The position numbers and the translations under genes were made by a program. A DNA stretch of 64,000 nt, taken from positions 32,001-96,000 of IMG/VR virus record IMGVR_UViG_3300025924_000017. One strand, 5' to 3'. The stretch comes from a virus (lineage: Duplodnaviria; Caudoviricetes). The notes under the pieces were generated by a model that searched no databases, was not told the origin of the DNA, and saw only the letters and a list, made by a program, of their open reading frames with translations. Shown here piece after piece: positions 1 to 8,646 of this stretch; position 1 is the stretch's first letter; every line of letters starts with the position of its first letter.

Positions 1-106
1 GACGTCTCGATCAAGGTGACGTGCTCGACGTGCAAGCGCGTGGTCTATGTGAAGGAAATCAGGAACGTATCGAATGTCGAAAAGTAGGCTTTGAAGGGTT
101 GTTAAA

Positions 107-517
107 ATGAGCGAGCACATCCGCAATCTCAAAAACTACCAGACCGGCATCGACTATCTACGCAAGCTCGACCCGGAGAAATTCAACATCTGCACGTATG
201 GCTACGAGCGTGAAGGCTGTGGCTTCGTCGGGTGCGCAGCGGGCTGGTGGGCCTACGACGATGTGTTTCCGAGATACACACTCGGCTCGACCATACACGG
301 CTATCACCCGGTTTACACCGACGAACGTGGTGAGAAGTACTCCGGCGCAACTGCGATTGCCGTATTGCTGGGCATCACCGGCGATATTGCGCACGAGCTT
401 TTCAATGGCCTCTGGCGGAACATCCCACCCAGTTTGGTGACACCCGATGCCGTCGCCGACGCCATGGTCACCTATCGGGACAGCGGTGTTTGCGTGACGG
501 CGCTCGCGGAATGCTGA
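107..517 (+). CDS. hypothetical phage protein
   Basis: 136-aa ORF, first of a tightly overlapping + strand run. Confidence 0.7.
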   Translation: MSEHIRNLKNYQTGIDYLRKLDPEKFNICTYGYEREGCGFVGCAAGWWAYDDVFPRYTLGSTIHGYHPVYTDERGEKYSGATAIAVLLGITGDIAHELFNGLWRNIPPSLVTPDAVADAMVTYRDSGVCVTALAEC

Positions 518-825
518 CCAAGCGCCAACTCGAAATCCTCGACATGCTTTGCAAGTCCGAAGATCGCGAGATCGTCTGCGACGGCCGTCACTGCATGATC
601 GATCTGGAAAACATCTCGCGAAAATCGGTCTACGCGCTGCTCGGGCACATGGCGATCAAGGATGCTGGTTACGCCAGTGCTGGGTGTGACATCTACAAGC
701 CGTCACTAGAAGCGGAGAAAATCGTCAGGCGCCCGGCGCTCGCCGATGAGATGGTTGCCCGCGTGATCATGCGCAAGCCGTTCTATGTCGATGACGACGG
801 AAACATTCAGGATTCTAAGGCATGA
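511..825 (+). CDS. hypothetical protein (MLTKRQLEILDML..., possible wHTH)
   Basis: ATG 511 overlaps the upstream stop; stop overlaps the next ATG. Confidence 0.65.
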   Translation: MLTKRQLEILDMLCKSEDREIVCDGRHCMIDLENISRKSVYALLGHMAIKDAGYASAGCDIYKPSLEAEKIVRRPALADEMVARVIMRKPFYVDDDGNIQDSKA

Positions 826-1157
826 CGTTTCGCTGTCAAAAAGAGCACGGCCATGAAGGCGAGTGCGTGAAGTCGGCCGAAGCTTTCATCGCGGGCGGCG
901 TCATCCAAATCCGCATTCCGGTGGACTACTTGCCGGTGATCGTGGACGGCGCGTGGGCGGCTGGCGGCATGAATACGCGTTGGCTCGTGACCGATGCGAA
1001 GACATTCGCGCAAGGCGTCTGCACCGCGCTCAATCAGGAAGACGAGGTCGGCACGACCGCGATCCATCGCATGTTCGATAAGGCGTTCCTCGAAGCCATC
1101 GAACAGGGCACCGAGGGGATCGAGGAGCATCCGGATCAAAAGGAAATGATGGGATGA
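822..1157 (+). CDS. hypothetical protein
   Basis: ATGA coupling at both ends. Confidence 0.7.
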   Translation: MTFRCQKEHGHEGECVKSAEAFIAGGVIQIRIPVDYLPVIVDGAWAAGGMNTRWLVTDAKTFAQGVCTALNQEDEVGTTAIHRMFDKAFLEAIEQGTEGIEEHPDQKEMMG

Positions 1158-1357
1158 ACAGAGCACAATGTCAGGCAATGGCGGCAAAGATGCGCGAGCA
1201 CATCAGATGTATTGACGACCGCGCACGAAACACGCTTCCGATGCCTGTAGAGGACAAAACCGCGCATCGCGTCCTCGCCGCGCTCGCTGCCGGTTATGAC
1301 GCTGCGGCGGAAGTTGCGTCACCGGGATGTCACTGCGCGCTCGATCCGGAACAGTGA
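1154..1357 (+). CDS. hypothetical protein
   Basis: ATGA coupling. Confidence 0.6.
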   Translation: MNRAQCQAMAAKMREHIRCIDDRARNTLPMPVEDKTAHRVLAALAAGYDAAAEVASPGCHCALDPEQ

Positions 1358-1466
1358 TGCATCCTGATCTCATCACGATCATCGTTGGCTTTTGTGAACT
1401 CGTGATCGCCGCAGGCGTCGTCACGGTCGCGTGCTGGATCGATGATATTCTGGACTGGCTGCTCGG

Positions 1467-1664
1467 ATGAAACCCTGCATCGTCTGCGACGGCTCGCGTA
1501 CGCTCAAGCCCGACTTCCGCGCATGCCCGGCCTGCCTGTGGGCGTGGCTGACGCCGCACATCGATGCAACCCGCGTGCAATATCCGAAAACGGCGATCCC
1601 CACGATGACGCAGACCGCCGAAGTGATTCAGTTCGACGTATACAAACAGGCAAGAGCGCGATGA
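1467..1664 (+). CDS. small CxxC...CxxC Zn-finger-like protein
   Basis: CIVC...CPAC motifs; coupled to neighbours. Confidence 0.6.
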   Translation: MKPCIVCDGSRTLKPDFRACPACLWAWLTPHIDATRVQYPKTAIPTMTQTAEVIQFDVYKQARAR

Positions 1665-1909
1665 AGCTCAAAGTCCAAACCCGCCGCATGACCACATCGC
1701 GGACTGACGAGACGAAACATGAGCATTTCACCATGCTCGTTCGCGAAGACGGGAAGACGCACGATCTCTGGATGCGGTACGATCCGCAAGAGGCGCATTT
1801 TCAATCACTGGAGCTTGCGAAATTCTTGGACGTGCCGTGCGATCCGCTCGTGATCGATGGTAAGCCGGTCGAGATGGACGGCGTGTTCAAGACGATGCTG
1901 GAGGATTAG
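1661..1909 (+). CDS. hypothetical protein
   Basis: ATG 1661 overlaps the upstream stop; 3' part of the 1442..1909 ORF. Confidence 0.65.
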   Translation: MKLKVQTRRMTTSRTDETKHEHFTMLVREDGKTHDLWMRYDPQEAHFQSLELAKFLDVPCDPLVIDGKPVEMDGVFKTMLED

Positions 1910-2194
1910 ATGCGCGCGAAGGAAACCACGAGAGAGCTTGCTGCGCGTTGGGAGTCACTGACCTTCGAGGAGAAGAAGTCGATCCTCGCAATGCGGAGTA
2001 AACTAGCCAAAGCCAAGTTGCGTTCCAGACTGCGCATTGGCGACAAGATTCGCGCCACGAGAGCAGAATGCGGCGCTCGCGAGGCGTCGTTTTTCTTCGC
2101 TGGGTGGAGCGGCGGATGGATCATGTCCAGTGGAGGGTCGAGCATATCCCCCGGGATGGTCTACAGCGTCAACGGGGACGTGCTCGTCATATGA
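1910..2194 (+). CDS. hypothetical protein
   Basis: abuts upstream stop; ATGA with next ORF. Confidence 0.6.
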   Translation: MRAKETTRELAARWESLTFEEKKSILAMRSKLAKAKLRSRLRIGDKIRATRAECGAREASFFFAGWSGGWIMSSGGSSISPGMVYSVNGDVLVI

Positions 2195-2415
2195 GATCAT
2201 CGCCCGATGACATCGTCTACACTTCCTACACCGGCACTGCAAAGCGTCAGCTTTCTATTCCAAGGATCACGCCCATCCACGGTCTGCGCTTTCGCACGCC
2301 GCTCACGGACATCCCCATGCCGTACACCGGGCTCCTAGAGGTCGGCCCGTTATCGCGTTGGGAGAAATTTGTGCGGACGGTTCGGCGCCTGTTCGGTCTT
2401 AAAGGATACACATGA
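2191..2415 (+). CDS. hypothetical protein
   Basis: ATG 2191 in ATGA overlap. Confidence 0.55.
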   Translation: MRSSPDDIVYTSYTGTAKRQLSIPRITPIHGLRFRTPLTDIPMPYTGLLEVGPLSRWEKFVRTVRRLFGLKGYT

Positions 2416-2629
2416 TCGGTTCTATCGTTTTTGTGACAACAAAGCCTGCTGGAATAGCATCTTCGTGAAGGCTCCGACGCCTGAGGCTGTGGCGCACCAC
2501 ATCGCGCAGAAGCGTCCCGCTTCTTGGGCTGCGACCAAAGAGCCGGATGGGACGTTCGGTCATTGGTGTCCACATCACACGATCTCAAACTCGGGCGAGA
2601 TGTTCGACGTAACACCGGTGCGCGGCTGA
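2369..2629 (+). CDS. Cys/His-rich protein (CxxxxC...WCPHH); start uncertain
   Basis: motif similar to the 3785..4027 ORF; the RBS-preceded ATG at 2412 is out of frame by 1 nt at a T5 run. Confidence 0.5.
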   Translation: MCGRFGACSVLKDTHDRFYRFCDNKACWNSIFVKAPTPEAVAHHIAQKRPASWAATKEPDGTFGHWCPHHTISNSGEMFDVTPVRG

Positions 2630-2979
2630 TGTGTCAGCATTGCTATGAAAGCGAAGGCTCTCCCGTCCCCGGCGCCGATGCCCGCGCCATCGCGTCGCGT
2701 TTGAACGAAGTCGATCCATTCGGCGGATGTCACATCGTGGTCGAAGACTGGAACATGGAGGACGAGCATATCCAGTACTGCATCGACAACTCCAGCACGA
2801 CCGACACGGAACGCGAGATCATGCGCGATCTCCTGAAACTACCACTGGATCAGCGCTACGCGGCGATTGCATATGCGCAGGAGTTCGTGATCGCGAATCC
2901 CTGCAAGCATGAGAACGCCGTCGATGGGGTCTCCGGTGGTTGGGAATGTCCCGACTGTGGAGCGTGTGATTTCCTATGA
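2629..2979 (+). CDS. hypothetical protein with terminal CxxC motifs
   Basis: ATG 2629 overlaps upstream stop; MCQHC... and CPDCGAC. Confidence 0.7.
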   Translation: MCQHCYESEGSPVPGADARAIASRLNEVDPFGGCHIVVEDWNMEDEHIQYCIDNSSTTDTEREIMRDLLKLPLDQRYAAIAYAQEFVIANPCKHENAVDGVSGGWECPDCGACDFL

Positions 2980-3422
2980 GCGACTATGAAACGACTGTTG
3001 ATCGCAAAGCTATCCTCCGCGCGATGGATAAGAGAGATCGCCTCGGTACGGATGGCGTCTTCGAACTCTTGACGAAGGGCCGCAAAGACAAGAGCGGCAC
3101 CTTTACGCCCGGTTGTGGGCTACCGCCGTCGCAAGCGCTCTACATCTGCCGCTTTCTCGAAATAGGCTCCAGTTCCGATCTCGAAAAACGCCTCAATTTG
3201 ATTTTCGCGTTGGACAGTTACGAGGTCTACTTCGAGTACACCGCGTTCGAGCAATTGTTGGATATGCTCGACAAGTCGCATCCGCGCTACTGGCACAATG
3301 TCGCGTGCGCTCTCGACGACATCGTCGCGGAAATCGAACGGCGCGGCGGCTCTCTGACACGTCCGACCGTTATGGATTATTTCCGGGAATGGAAAAACGC
3401 ACCCAAAGATAACGCCGAATGA
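2976..3422 (+). CDS. protein with N-terminal segment resembling the alphaproteobacterial HisRS insertion domain
   Basis: LRAMDKRDRLGTDGVFELLTKGRKDKSGTFTPGCGL resembles the recalled HisS motif LRAIDKLDRLGxDGVRxLLGxGRKDESGDFTKGAGL. Confidence 0.6.
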   Translation: MSDYETTVDRKAILRAMDKRDRLGTDGVFELLTKGRKDKSGTFTPGCGLPPSQALYICRFLEIGSSSDLEKRLNLIFALDSYEVYFEYTAFEQLLDMLDKSHPRYWHNVACALDDIVAEIERRGGSLTRPTVMDYFREWKNAPKDNAE

Positions 3423-3658
3423 CTTACAAACCCGTCCGCGCAGGCTTCAAGCAAATCCGCTGCACGACATGCGGCCCCGGCAGGCCGTCAGTCGGTTGCG
3501 CCGATTGCCGTGGCTCCGGCTATGTCGAGGTGCGGGACAACTGTCCACACACCAACGTCAGCTACGATCCCATGTGTCATGGCTGGGAGTGTCACGACTG
3601 CGGAGGGAGCGGGCCGTGGAAGGGACGTGCGCCGGGACGGTGGGGATTCCGCTCATGA
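3419..3658 (+). CDS. DnaJ-type CxxCxGxG zinc-finger protein
   Basis: CTTCGPG, CADCRGSG, CHDCGGSG. Confidence 0.65.
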   Translation: MTYKPVRAGFKQIRCTTCGPGRPSVGCADCRGSGYVEVRDNCPHTNVSYDPMCHGWECHDCGGSGPWKGRAPGRWGFRS

Positions 3659-3783
3659 GTTGGTATTTCTGGAAGTTCATCCACAACGCGCTGATCCATC
3701 CGCTGCTCGCGTTCCCTTGGGAGCCACGATGGGTGCAGCGCGCACATGACTGGACGGCGAAGCGCTGTCCGGGCGGAGGCTGA
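3655..3783 (+). CDS. small hypothetical protein (HNALIHPL motif)
   Basis: ATGA coupling; motif recurrent in phage micro-proteins. Confidence 0.6.
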   Translation: MSWYFWKFIHNALIHPLLAFPWEPRWVQRAHDWTAKRCPGGG

Positions 3784-3784
3784 T

Positions 3785-4027
3785 ATGGCATTTCTCAGAC
3801 ACTACACCGCGACCTGCGAGCACAAGCATTGCCACGAAGAAATCACCGTGCGCGCCATAGGCCCGAATACGGGCGCCGATATGATGGCAAAAGATGGGTG
3901 GCAGGTCTGGCGAAAATACAGCAACGGATGGGAAGAAGCGCCTTCCCACAAGTGGACGACGTACTGCCCAACGCATCACCGCAAGCGGGGCTTCGCATAC
4001 GACCATACACCACCAGAGGAACCGTGA
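3785..4027 (+). CDS. Cys/His-rich protein (CxxxxC...YCPTH)
   Basis: ATG directly after upstream stop. Confidence 0.6.
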   Translation: MAFLRHYTATCEHKHCHEEITVRAIGPNTGADMMAKDGWQVWRKYSNGWEEAPSHKWTTYCPTHHRKRGFAYDHTPPEEP

Positions 4028-4194
4028 TGCTCAAACTGCTCGGAAAATTCGTCACCACTCCCAGCGGCAACATCGACGGTCTGAGATTCCTGACCGTCTG
4101 TGTTGTGGGTTGGTTTATCGGGGCAGGGCTGGCGCTGTTGTCCGTCGCCATCGCCCCGCATCTACAATCCTTCGCGACGTGGTGGAATCTGTGA
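4027..4194 (+). CDS. small membrane protein
   Basis: hydrophobic segment FLTVCVVGWFIGAGLALLSVAIA. Confidence 0.6.
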   Translation: MLKLLGKFVTTPSGNIDGLRFLTVCVVGWFIGAGLALLSVAIAPHLQSFATWWNL

Positions 4195-4421
4195 ATCGGA
4201 TCAACTATCTCACGCCCTATGAGTGTGCGCGTCTGCGCGACAAGCTTCTAGAGCGTGCCCGGCACACGAAACGTCCCGGACGATCCGCCAAGCACGTATG
4301 CCGAGTGCACGCCACACTGATGATGCGCGCTTACGGGCGCTACGACGCACAGCGCGGCACTTACAGACAGGCGCTTCTCTGGGCGCTCTCGATGTTGAAG
4401 CCGCAAGAAACAAGAATATGA
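4191..4421 (+). CDS. hypothetical protein
   Basis: GTGA coupling. Confidence 0.5.
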   Translation: MNRINYLTPYECARLRDKLLERARHTKRPGRSAKHVCRVHATLMMRAYGRYDAQRGTYRQALLWALSMLKPQETRI

Positions 4422-4630
4422 CCGGTAAAACATCCGACGCCGAATCATCCTCGTTAAAAGCGCTACGGGAGCGCTGCGCACAAGTCGCAGACGCCGAATA
4501 CAACAAATGGGCCGCTCTGGCTGACATGTACCGGCTCGAAGGTCGTGAGGATTCCATGGATCGATGCTTCGCCCGTGCACGCGCTTCGGAAGCCATCGCC
4601 GCCAACATCCGCGCGGTGACACTCGAATGA
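4418..4630 (+). CDS. hypothetical protein
   Basis: ATGA coupling. Confidence 0.6.
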   Translation: MTGKTSDAESSSLKALRERCAQVADAEYNKWAALADMYRLEGREDSMDRCFARARASEAIAANIRAVTLE

Positions 4631-4806
4631 AGATCGCCCATTACAGCAAGAAGCTCATCTGCGCGCTCTGGGGCCACTACTGGGGCGATCCCGTCACGAT
4701 CCGATCTCTCCGTTCATGGCGCGATCTGAAGAAATGGCTCGACGACGACATGCCGCCCACGAGCTATCAGGTCTGCACCGCCTGCGGGACGAAGCAATTC
4801 CTGTAG
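4627..4806 (+). CDS. DUF1660-like small phage protein
   Basis: KLICALWGHYW...CTACG resembles KLxCKLFGHxW...CxRCG. Confidence 0.5.
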   Translation: MKIAHYSKKLICALWGHYWGDPVTIRSLRSWRDLKKWLDDDMPPTSYQVCTACGTKQFL

Positions 4807-4807
4807 G

Positions 4808-5569
4808 CTATTTCCGCTTCCGCCGCTTCGCCACTCCACGCTGGACGTTGTAGTCCTTCGCCACCCGGCAAACCAACGCCATGCTGACACGCCTGCGCGT
4901 CGCGATCTGCTCGTAGGTCTGATCGGAGTTCGCAATGGCGTTTGCGATCCCGGCACGCCGTTTCTCCGAGACCTCATAGCCGTGCGCAATTCTGCTCTCA
5001 CGGCGTTTGACGTTGAGCTTCTCATCCTTATTGAGTGCCGTCATCCGCTTCGCGGCGTCGGCTTTGCGCTTCGGGTTCTTGTATGACGCTGTGATGGCCG
5101 CGCGGTTCTTGGCAATGAAGGCTTTGTCCTTGTTCTGGGTCTTCATCCGTGCACGCGCACGCTCGCGCACCGGCTCTCGTGCATTGTAGATGTAGCGGGC
5201 GACCCAGAGTGCATCCAGTACTTTCTTGCGATACTCGGGGTCCTTCCACAATTCCTTCGACCACGCCGAAGCGCGCGCAGCGCGTTCCGCATAGGTGCTC
5301 GGCCGACCGGCGCGTTTGCGGTTTGCGCACGGGATGCACAACGATCCCTTCTTGGACTTCTTCAGGCATCCGGACCGGAACGCGCAACGCGGATTGCGGT
5401 TGACGTGAGTTCGGTAGTGCGGCGTCGCGAGCGACACCAGCCGCCATCGATTCCAGATCGCATGCTCCACCGTCCCCGAGAGGTACGGTGTGTCATCTTC
5501 GTCAAGACCGCGCTTACCGGCGCGCCATCCACTACGAAAGGCGTCGTCGTGTTGCTTCTGGGAGATCAT
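4808..5569 (-). CDS. basic multidomain protein: Rmf/CrpP-like N-terminus, Zn-finger, NUMOD3-like helices, C-terminal HTH
   Basis: AFRSGWRAGKRG..TPY......W; C..C/CIPC; very K/R-rich; TYEQIATRRRVSMALVCRV HTH-like; ATG 5569 overlaps upstream stop. Confidence 0.55.
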   Translation of the reverse strand: MISQKQHDDAFRSGWRAGKRGLDEDDTPYLSGTVEHAIWNRWRLVSLATPHYRTHVNRNPRCAFRSGCLKKSKKGSLCIPCANRKRAGRPSTYAERAARASAWSKELWKDPEYRKKVLDALWVARYIYNAREPVRERARARMKTQNKDKAFIAKNRAAITASYKNPKRKADAAKRMTALNKDEKLNVKRRESRIAHGYEVSEKRRAGIANAIANSDQTYEQIATRRRVSMALVCRVAKDYNVQRGVAKRRKRK

Positions 5570-5889
5570 AGCTCGGTGAGGCGTCCGGCTTCGGCGTCCG
5601 CGAGCGTCTCCGCGACCCATTTGTCGAACTTTCCCTCGCGGCCGTCCGCTTCCATCTGGCGATCCCACGCGTCGTCATCCAAGCCCTCAAGGAAGGCACG
5701 CAGCCGGTCGCGCTCGCTCACACTGAGACGCCGGATTGCGTCCTCGACCTCATCGACGGTCGCGCCCCAGACCTGCGTGGGCACCGGCTTGTATCGCAGC
5801 ATGCCGAGCGCGTCCCAGAGCGTGACCTCCGGGATTGTGCGCCAGCACCGCCATGCCATACCGATCCGGTAGCGAAGGGTCCCGTTCAT
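5566..5889 (-). CDS. putative antitoxin-like (addiction-module component) protein, orphan
   Basis: C-terminal TVDEVEDAIRRLS..ERDRLRAFL...DDDAWDRQMEADGREGKFDKWVAETLADAEAGRLTEL matches the pattern of small proteins normally encoded upstream of ParE/RelE-like toxins. Confidence 0.6.
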   Translation of the reverse strand: MNGTLRYRIGMAWRCWRTIPEVTLWDALGMLRYKPVPTQVWGATVDEVEDAIRRLSVSERDRLRAFLEGLDDDAWDRQMEADGREGKFDKWVAETLADAEAGRLTEL

Positions 5890-5964
5890 CGCGACACTCT
5901 ACGGCGCCGAGACTTCCGTTTCAATTCTCTGATACAGTCAGTCCGCGCTCTTTCGGCTGGTGAA

Positions 5965-6534
5965 ATGACCCAAACACTTCGAGAAGACATGCCACCGGCA
6001 ACCAATCAGGTTCGCTACTCCTTTCACAATGGTGTGTGGATCGGCCGACGTCTGTACCGGCGCAAGGGTAAGGCCTCCGTCAAATGCGTCTATTTCCGCG
6101 TCGAGTTGTTCGGCAACCTCTTCGATCTCGACGACATTCCGGTTTCGCATTTGTGCATTGCCGTCGCGGTCGCCGGGCTCCCGACGATCAATTTGGAGCA
6201 GGTCAAGCGTGCCATCAAATTCGACGTGCACAACAATCCCAACTCCATCATCGGCCCAGTCCTCCAGTCGTTGGCGGCGCTCGACCTGAAGTCGCCGACC
6301 GCAACAGCACGTCTGTTCCTCGGCAACCGCGTCCGAATGACGGATCGCGGGATGCTGCTCGATAGCATGCCGTGCTCGGAGGAGCGCTTGCTGCTGGAGG
6401 CAGAGACGTTCACACGCGAGTGCCGGATCGACGCTCGGCGCGCAGCGCAACTAGTCGGTTCTGTGCGCCCACCAGATATTCCCGCATGGACGGAAACATC
6501 GCCGCGAGCTTTCGGTTCGTCCGGCACGATCTGA
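5965..6534 (+). CDS. hypothetical protein
   Basis: 189-aa ORF. Confidence 0.6.
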   Translation: MTQTLREDMPPATNQVRYSFHNGVWIGRRLYRRKGKASVKCVYFRVELFGNLFDLDDIPVSHLCIAVAVAGLPTINLEQVKRAIKFDVHNNPNSIIGPVLQSLAALDLKSPTATARLFLGNRVRMTDRGMLLDSMPCSEERLLLEAETFTRECRIDARRAAQLVGSVRPPDIPAWTETSPRAFGSSGTI

Positions 6535-7013
6535 GCGCCAGCCGCCGCCGGTGACGGTATTGCTCGACCGGCGACAGGCTGTCGAACCACCTTGCGTATT
6601 CCACCTCCACGGCCGCGATCTCGGCCTCTTGTTCGTCTTCCGTGAGCGCGCACCAGCGCTCCCATTCCTCGGCGTCCCAGTCGTCGTCCATATGCTTCTC
6701 CGATTCACCGGGCGCGCCATTGCGCCCATCTCCTAATCGGTAAGCGATGCGAGAACCGGAATAGCGGGCGCCCTTAAATCCCGAAAATTCCGCACGGCGC
6801 GGTCTTAAGTCCCGTTTGTTCCGCCCCGGCCCTTGTTGGACCCTATTTAGGGCCACGAAATTCCGAAGCTGAGACTCAGGTGACGCCAGTGCCGCGCAGC
6901 GGGAATCGTGGGCTGGGCACGAGTTCCGCCGGGTCCCGCGTATTTGCCGACTCGATACCCGGTATTGTCCGAATTGTGTTGACATAACAGGCCGCACCTG
7001 CTACCCAGCGCCC

Positions 7014-7292
7014 ATGAGAGCCAAAACGAGCAAGCGCAGAACAGGCCTGAATGACGCCATGCCGGACTCGCCCGTCGAGCGCGTCCGCAAGTCCCTGCCA
7101 CGCGGGGACGGGCGCTGGCCCGGCTTCGACCATGTCTATCTGAAGATCGCCGCAGCGTGCGAGCACATGGCGCAGACGGTGCTCCGGCTCAGCGACGAGC
7201 ACGTGACCGCCATGGCGATCCTCGGCTCCGGGCATGAGGAGACGATGAAGGCCGAGATGTGGCGCCTGCGTACGCGGGGGTTCGTCACGTAG
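7014..7292 (+). CDS. hypothetical protein, probably leaderless
   Basis: TTGACA (~6980) and GCTACCCA (~7000) just upstream of the ATG. Confidence 0.55.
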   Translation: MRAKTSKRRTGLNDAMPDSPVERVRKSLPRGDGRWPGFDHVYLKIAAACEHMAQTVLRLSDEHVTAMAILGSGHEETMKAEMWRLRTRGFVT

Positions 7293-7561
7293 CGCTTGAC
7301 GGCCGCCGCCGGGCATGCTCCATGATCCCGACGACGAGTTCAAAGCTTCTGCCGTCTGTCACGACACCGACCACTCGGCCGCGTCGCCTCCCTCCACGCA
7401 ACGGACGGCGCGGCCGATGTCTTTTCAGCCCCGGCGTCGCGATCTCGACGACCCCAAATCGATCCCTCACTCATTAGGCCAGCCGCGCAGCGGGCCGGTT
7501 ATGCTCCCGACCGCGAAAGTTCCATCACCCAGCCGACCCCTCGGCCGCACAGCCTATGCGC

Positions 7562-7913
7562 CCGGGATGGTTACTTTAATGAGAAAATGAGAACAGCAGG
7601 GCTGGGCTCTGCCCCATCTCTAATAGAGAAAAGGATGGTATCTTTAATGAGAAAATGAGTACTCTGAGTCAGGAGTCCGAAAGTACTCATTTCTTCATTA
7701 TTATATACATCCTTTTTCCTTACTATGGGGTATATAGAAAGGGAGTCAAATTAACCTCTCTGAGAGCCTCCGACACTGGTCGGACCGTCGCCGGACCCGA
7801 ATACTCAAATTTTCATTAAAGTAACCATCCCGAAATCGGTTAACTTCCGGTAATGTTACGTACTCAATTTCTCATTAAAACAACCATCCCGAGATCGGTT
7901 AACTTCCGGTAAT
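7562..7913. repeat. AT-rich region with five copies of a ~32-bp motif (2 forward, 3 reverse); origin/iteron candidate
   Basis: GGATGGTWWCTTTAATGARAAAWTGAGWAC at ~7563 and ~7633 (+) and ~7683, ~7801, ~7860 (-); the last two form a ~59-bp tandem. Confidence 0.8.
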
Positions 7914-8035
7914 CACTCCGAGCGCTCTGCGAGCGTCGTCGTTGGACCTTCGGTAGGCCGTTCGACCTGATATGGCAGACCCTATCCGGCTTAAGGGGCG
8001 GTATATCGGGTCAGCCGATCCGACGATCAATCTCC

Positions 8036-8246
8036 CCGGCTACCGCAGGCCCGGAGCCGAAGGCGATGGGCGAGCGAAGCGAGTTGGGGTGGTGATCTGA
8101 TTCCCCGACGATGTGGCGCACCGGCGAAGGAACGATCTGGTTCCCGGCTGCTCGACCCGGCGATCTGACCGGCTGGCGCACCAACTACTCGACCCTCTGA
8201 CCAACCGGCTACCGCAGGCCCGGAGCCGAAGGCGATGGGCGAGCGA
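8036..8246. repeat. 42-bp perfect direct repeat (2 copies)
   Basis: ccggctaccgcaggcccggagccgaaggcgatgggcgagcga at 8036-8077 and 8205-8246. Confidence 0.9.
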
Positions 8247-8646
8247 GGCGGAGCCCGCGAGTGATCCCTACCCGAATTGGGGTGGATCGTTCCCAATCTG
8301 GGTATGACCCGGTTTCGGTTCACTTTCCAGAGTGACCCAAAAACGGTTCACCCGATATTTGCTCTGGAGCCCATATTTGCTGTGCAGCAAATATCGCCGG
8401 ATTTCACCGAATGCTGAAACGCCCGCGCCGGGTGAAATCCTGAGGTTGACTTTCCCGTACCTGAGATACGCGAAAGTCAACCGCCGGGGCGCTTCGCGAC
8501 GGTCCGTCACGATTCTTGACTTTTTACCCCTGATGTGTGATAAAGCTTGACATCACATCGCGCTTGTGCATAGCGCTTCGCACCCGAAAGCTCTCGTGTC
8601 CGTTCCATCACTCGCACCGCCGTATGCGGTCGCGCGCCGACCCAAG

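Noticed and set aside
6410-6692. Minus-strand ORF MDDDWDAEEW...
   Set aside because: It overlaps the + strand 5965..6534 gene by ~120 nt and I cannot decide which is real, so it is left unannotated.
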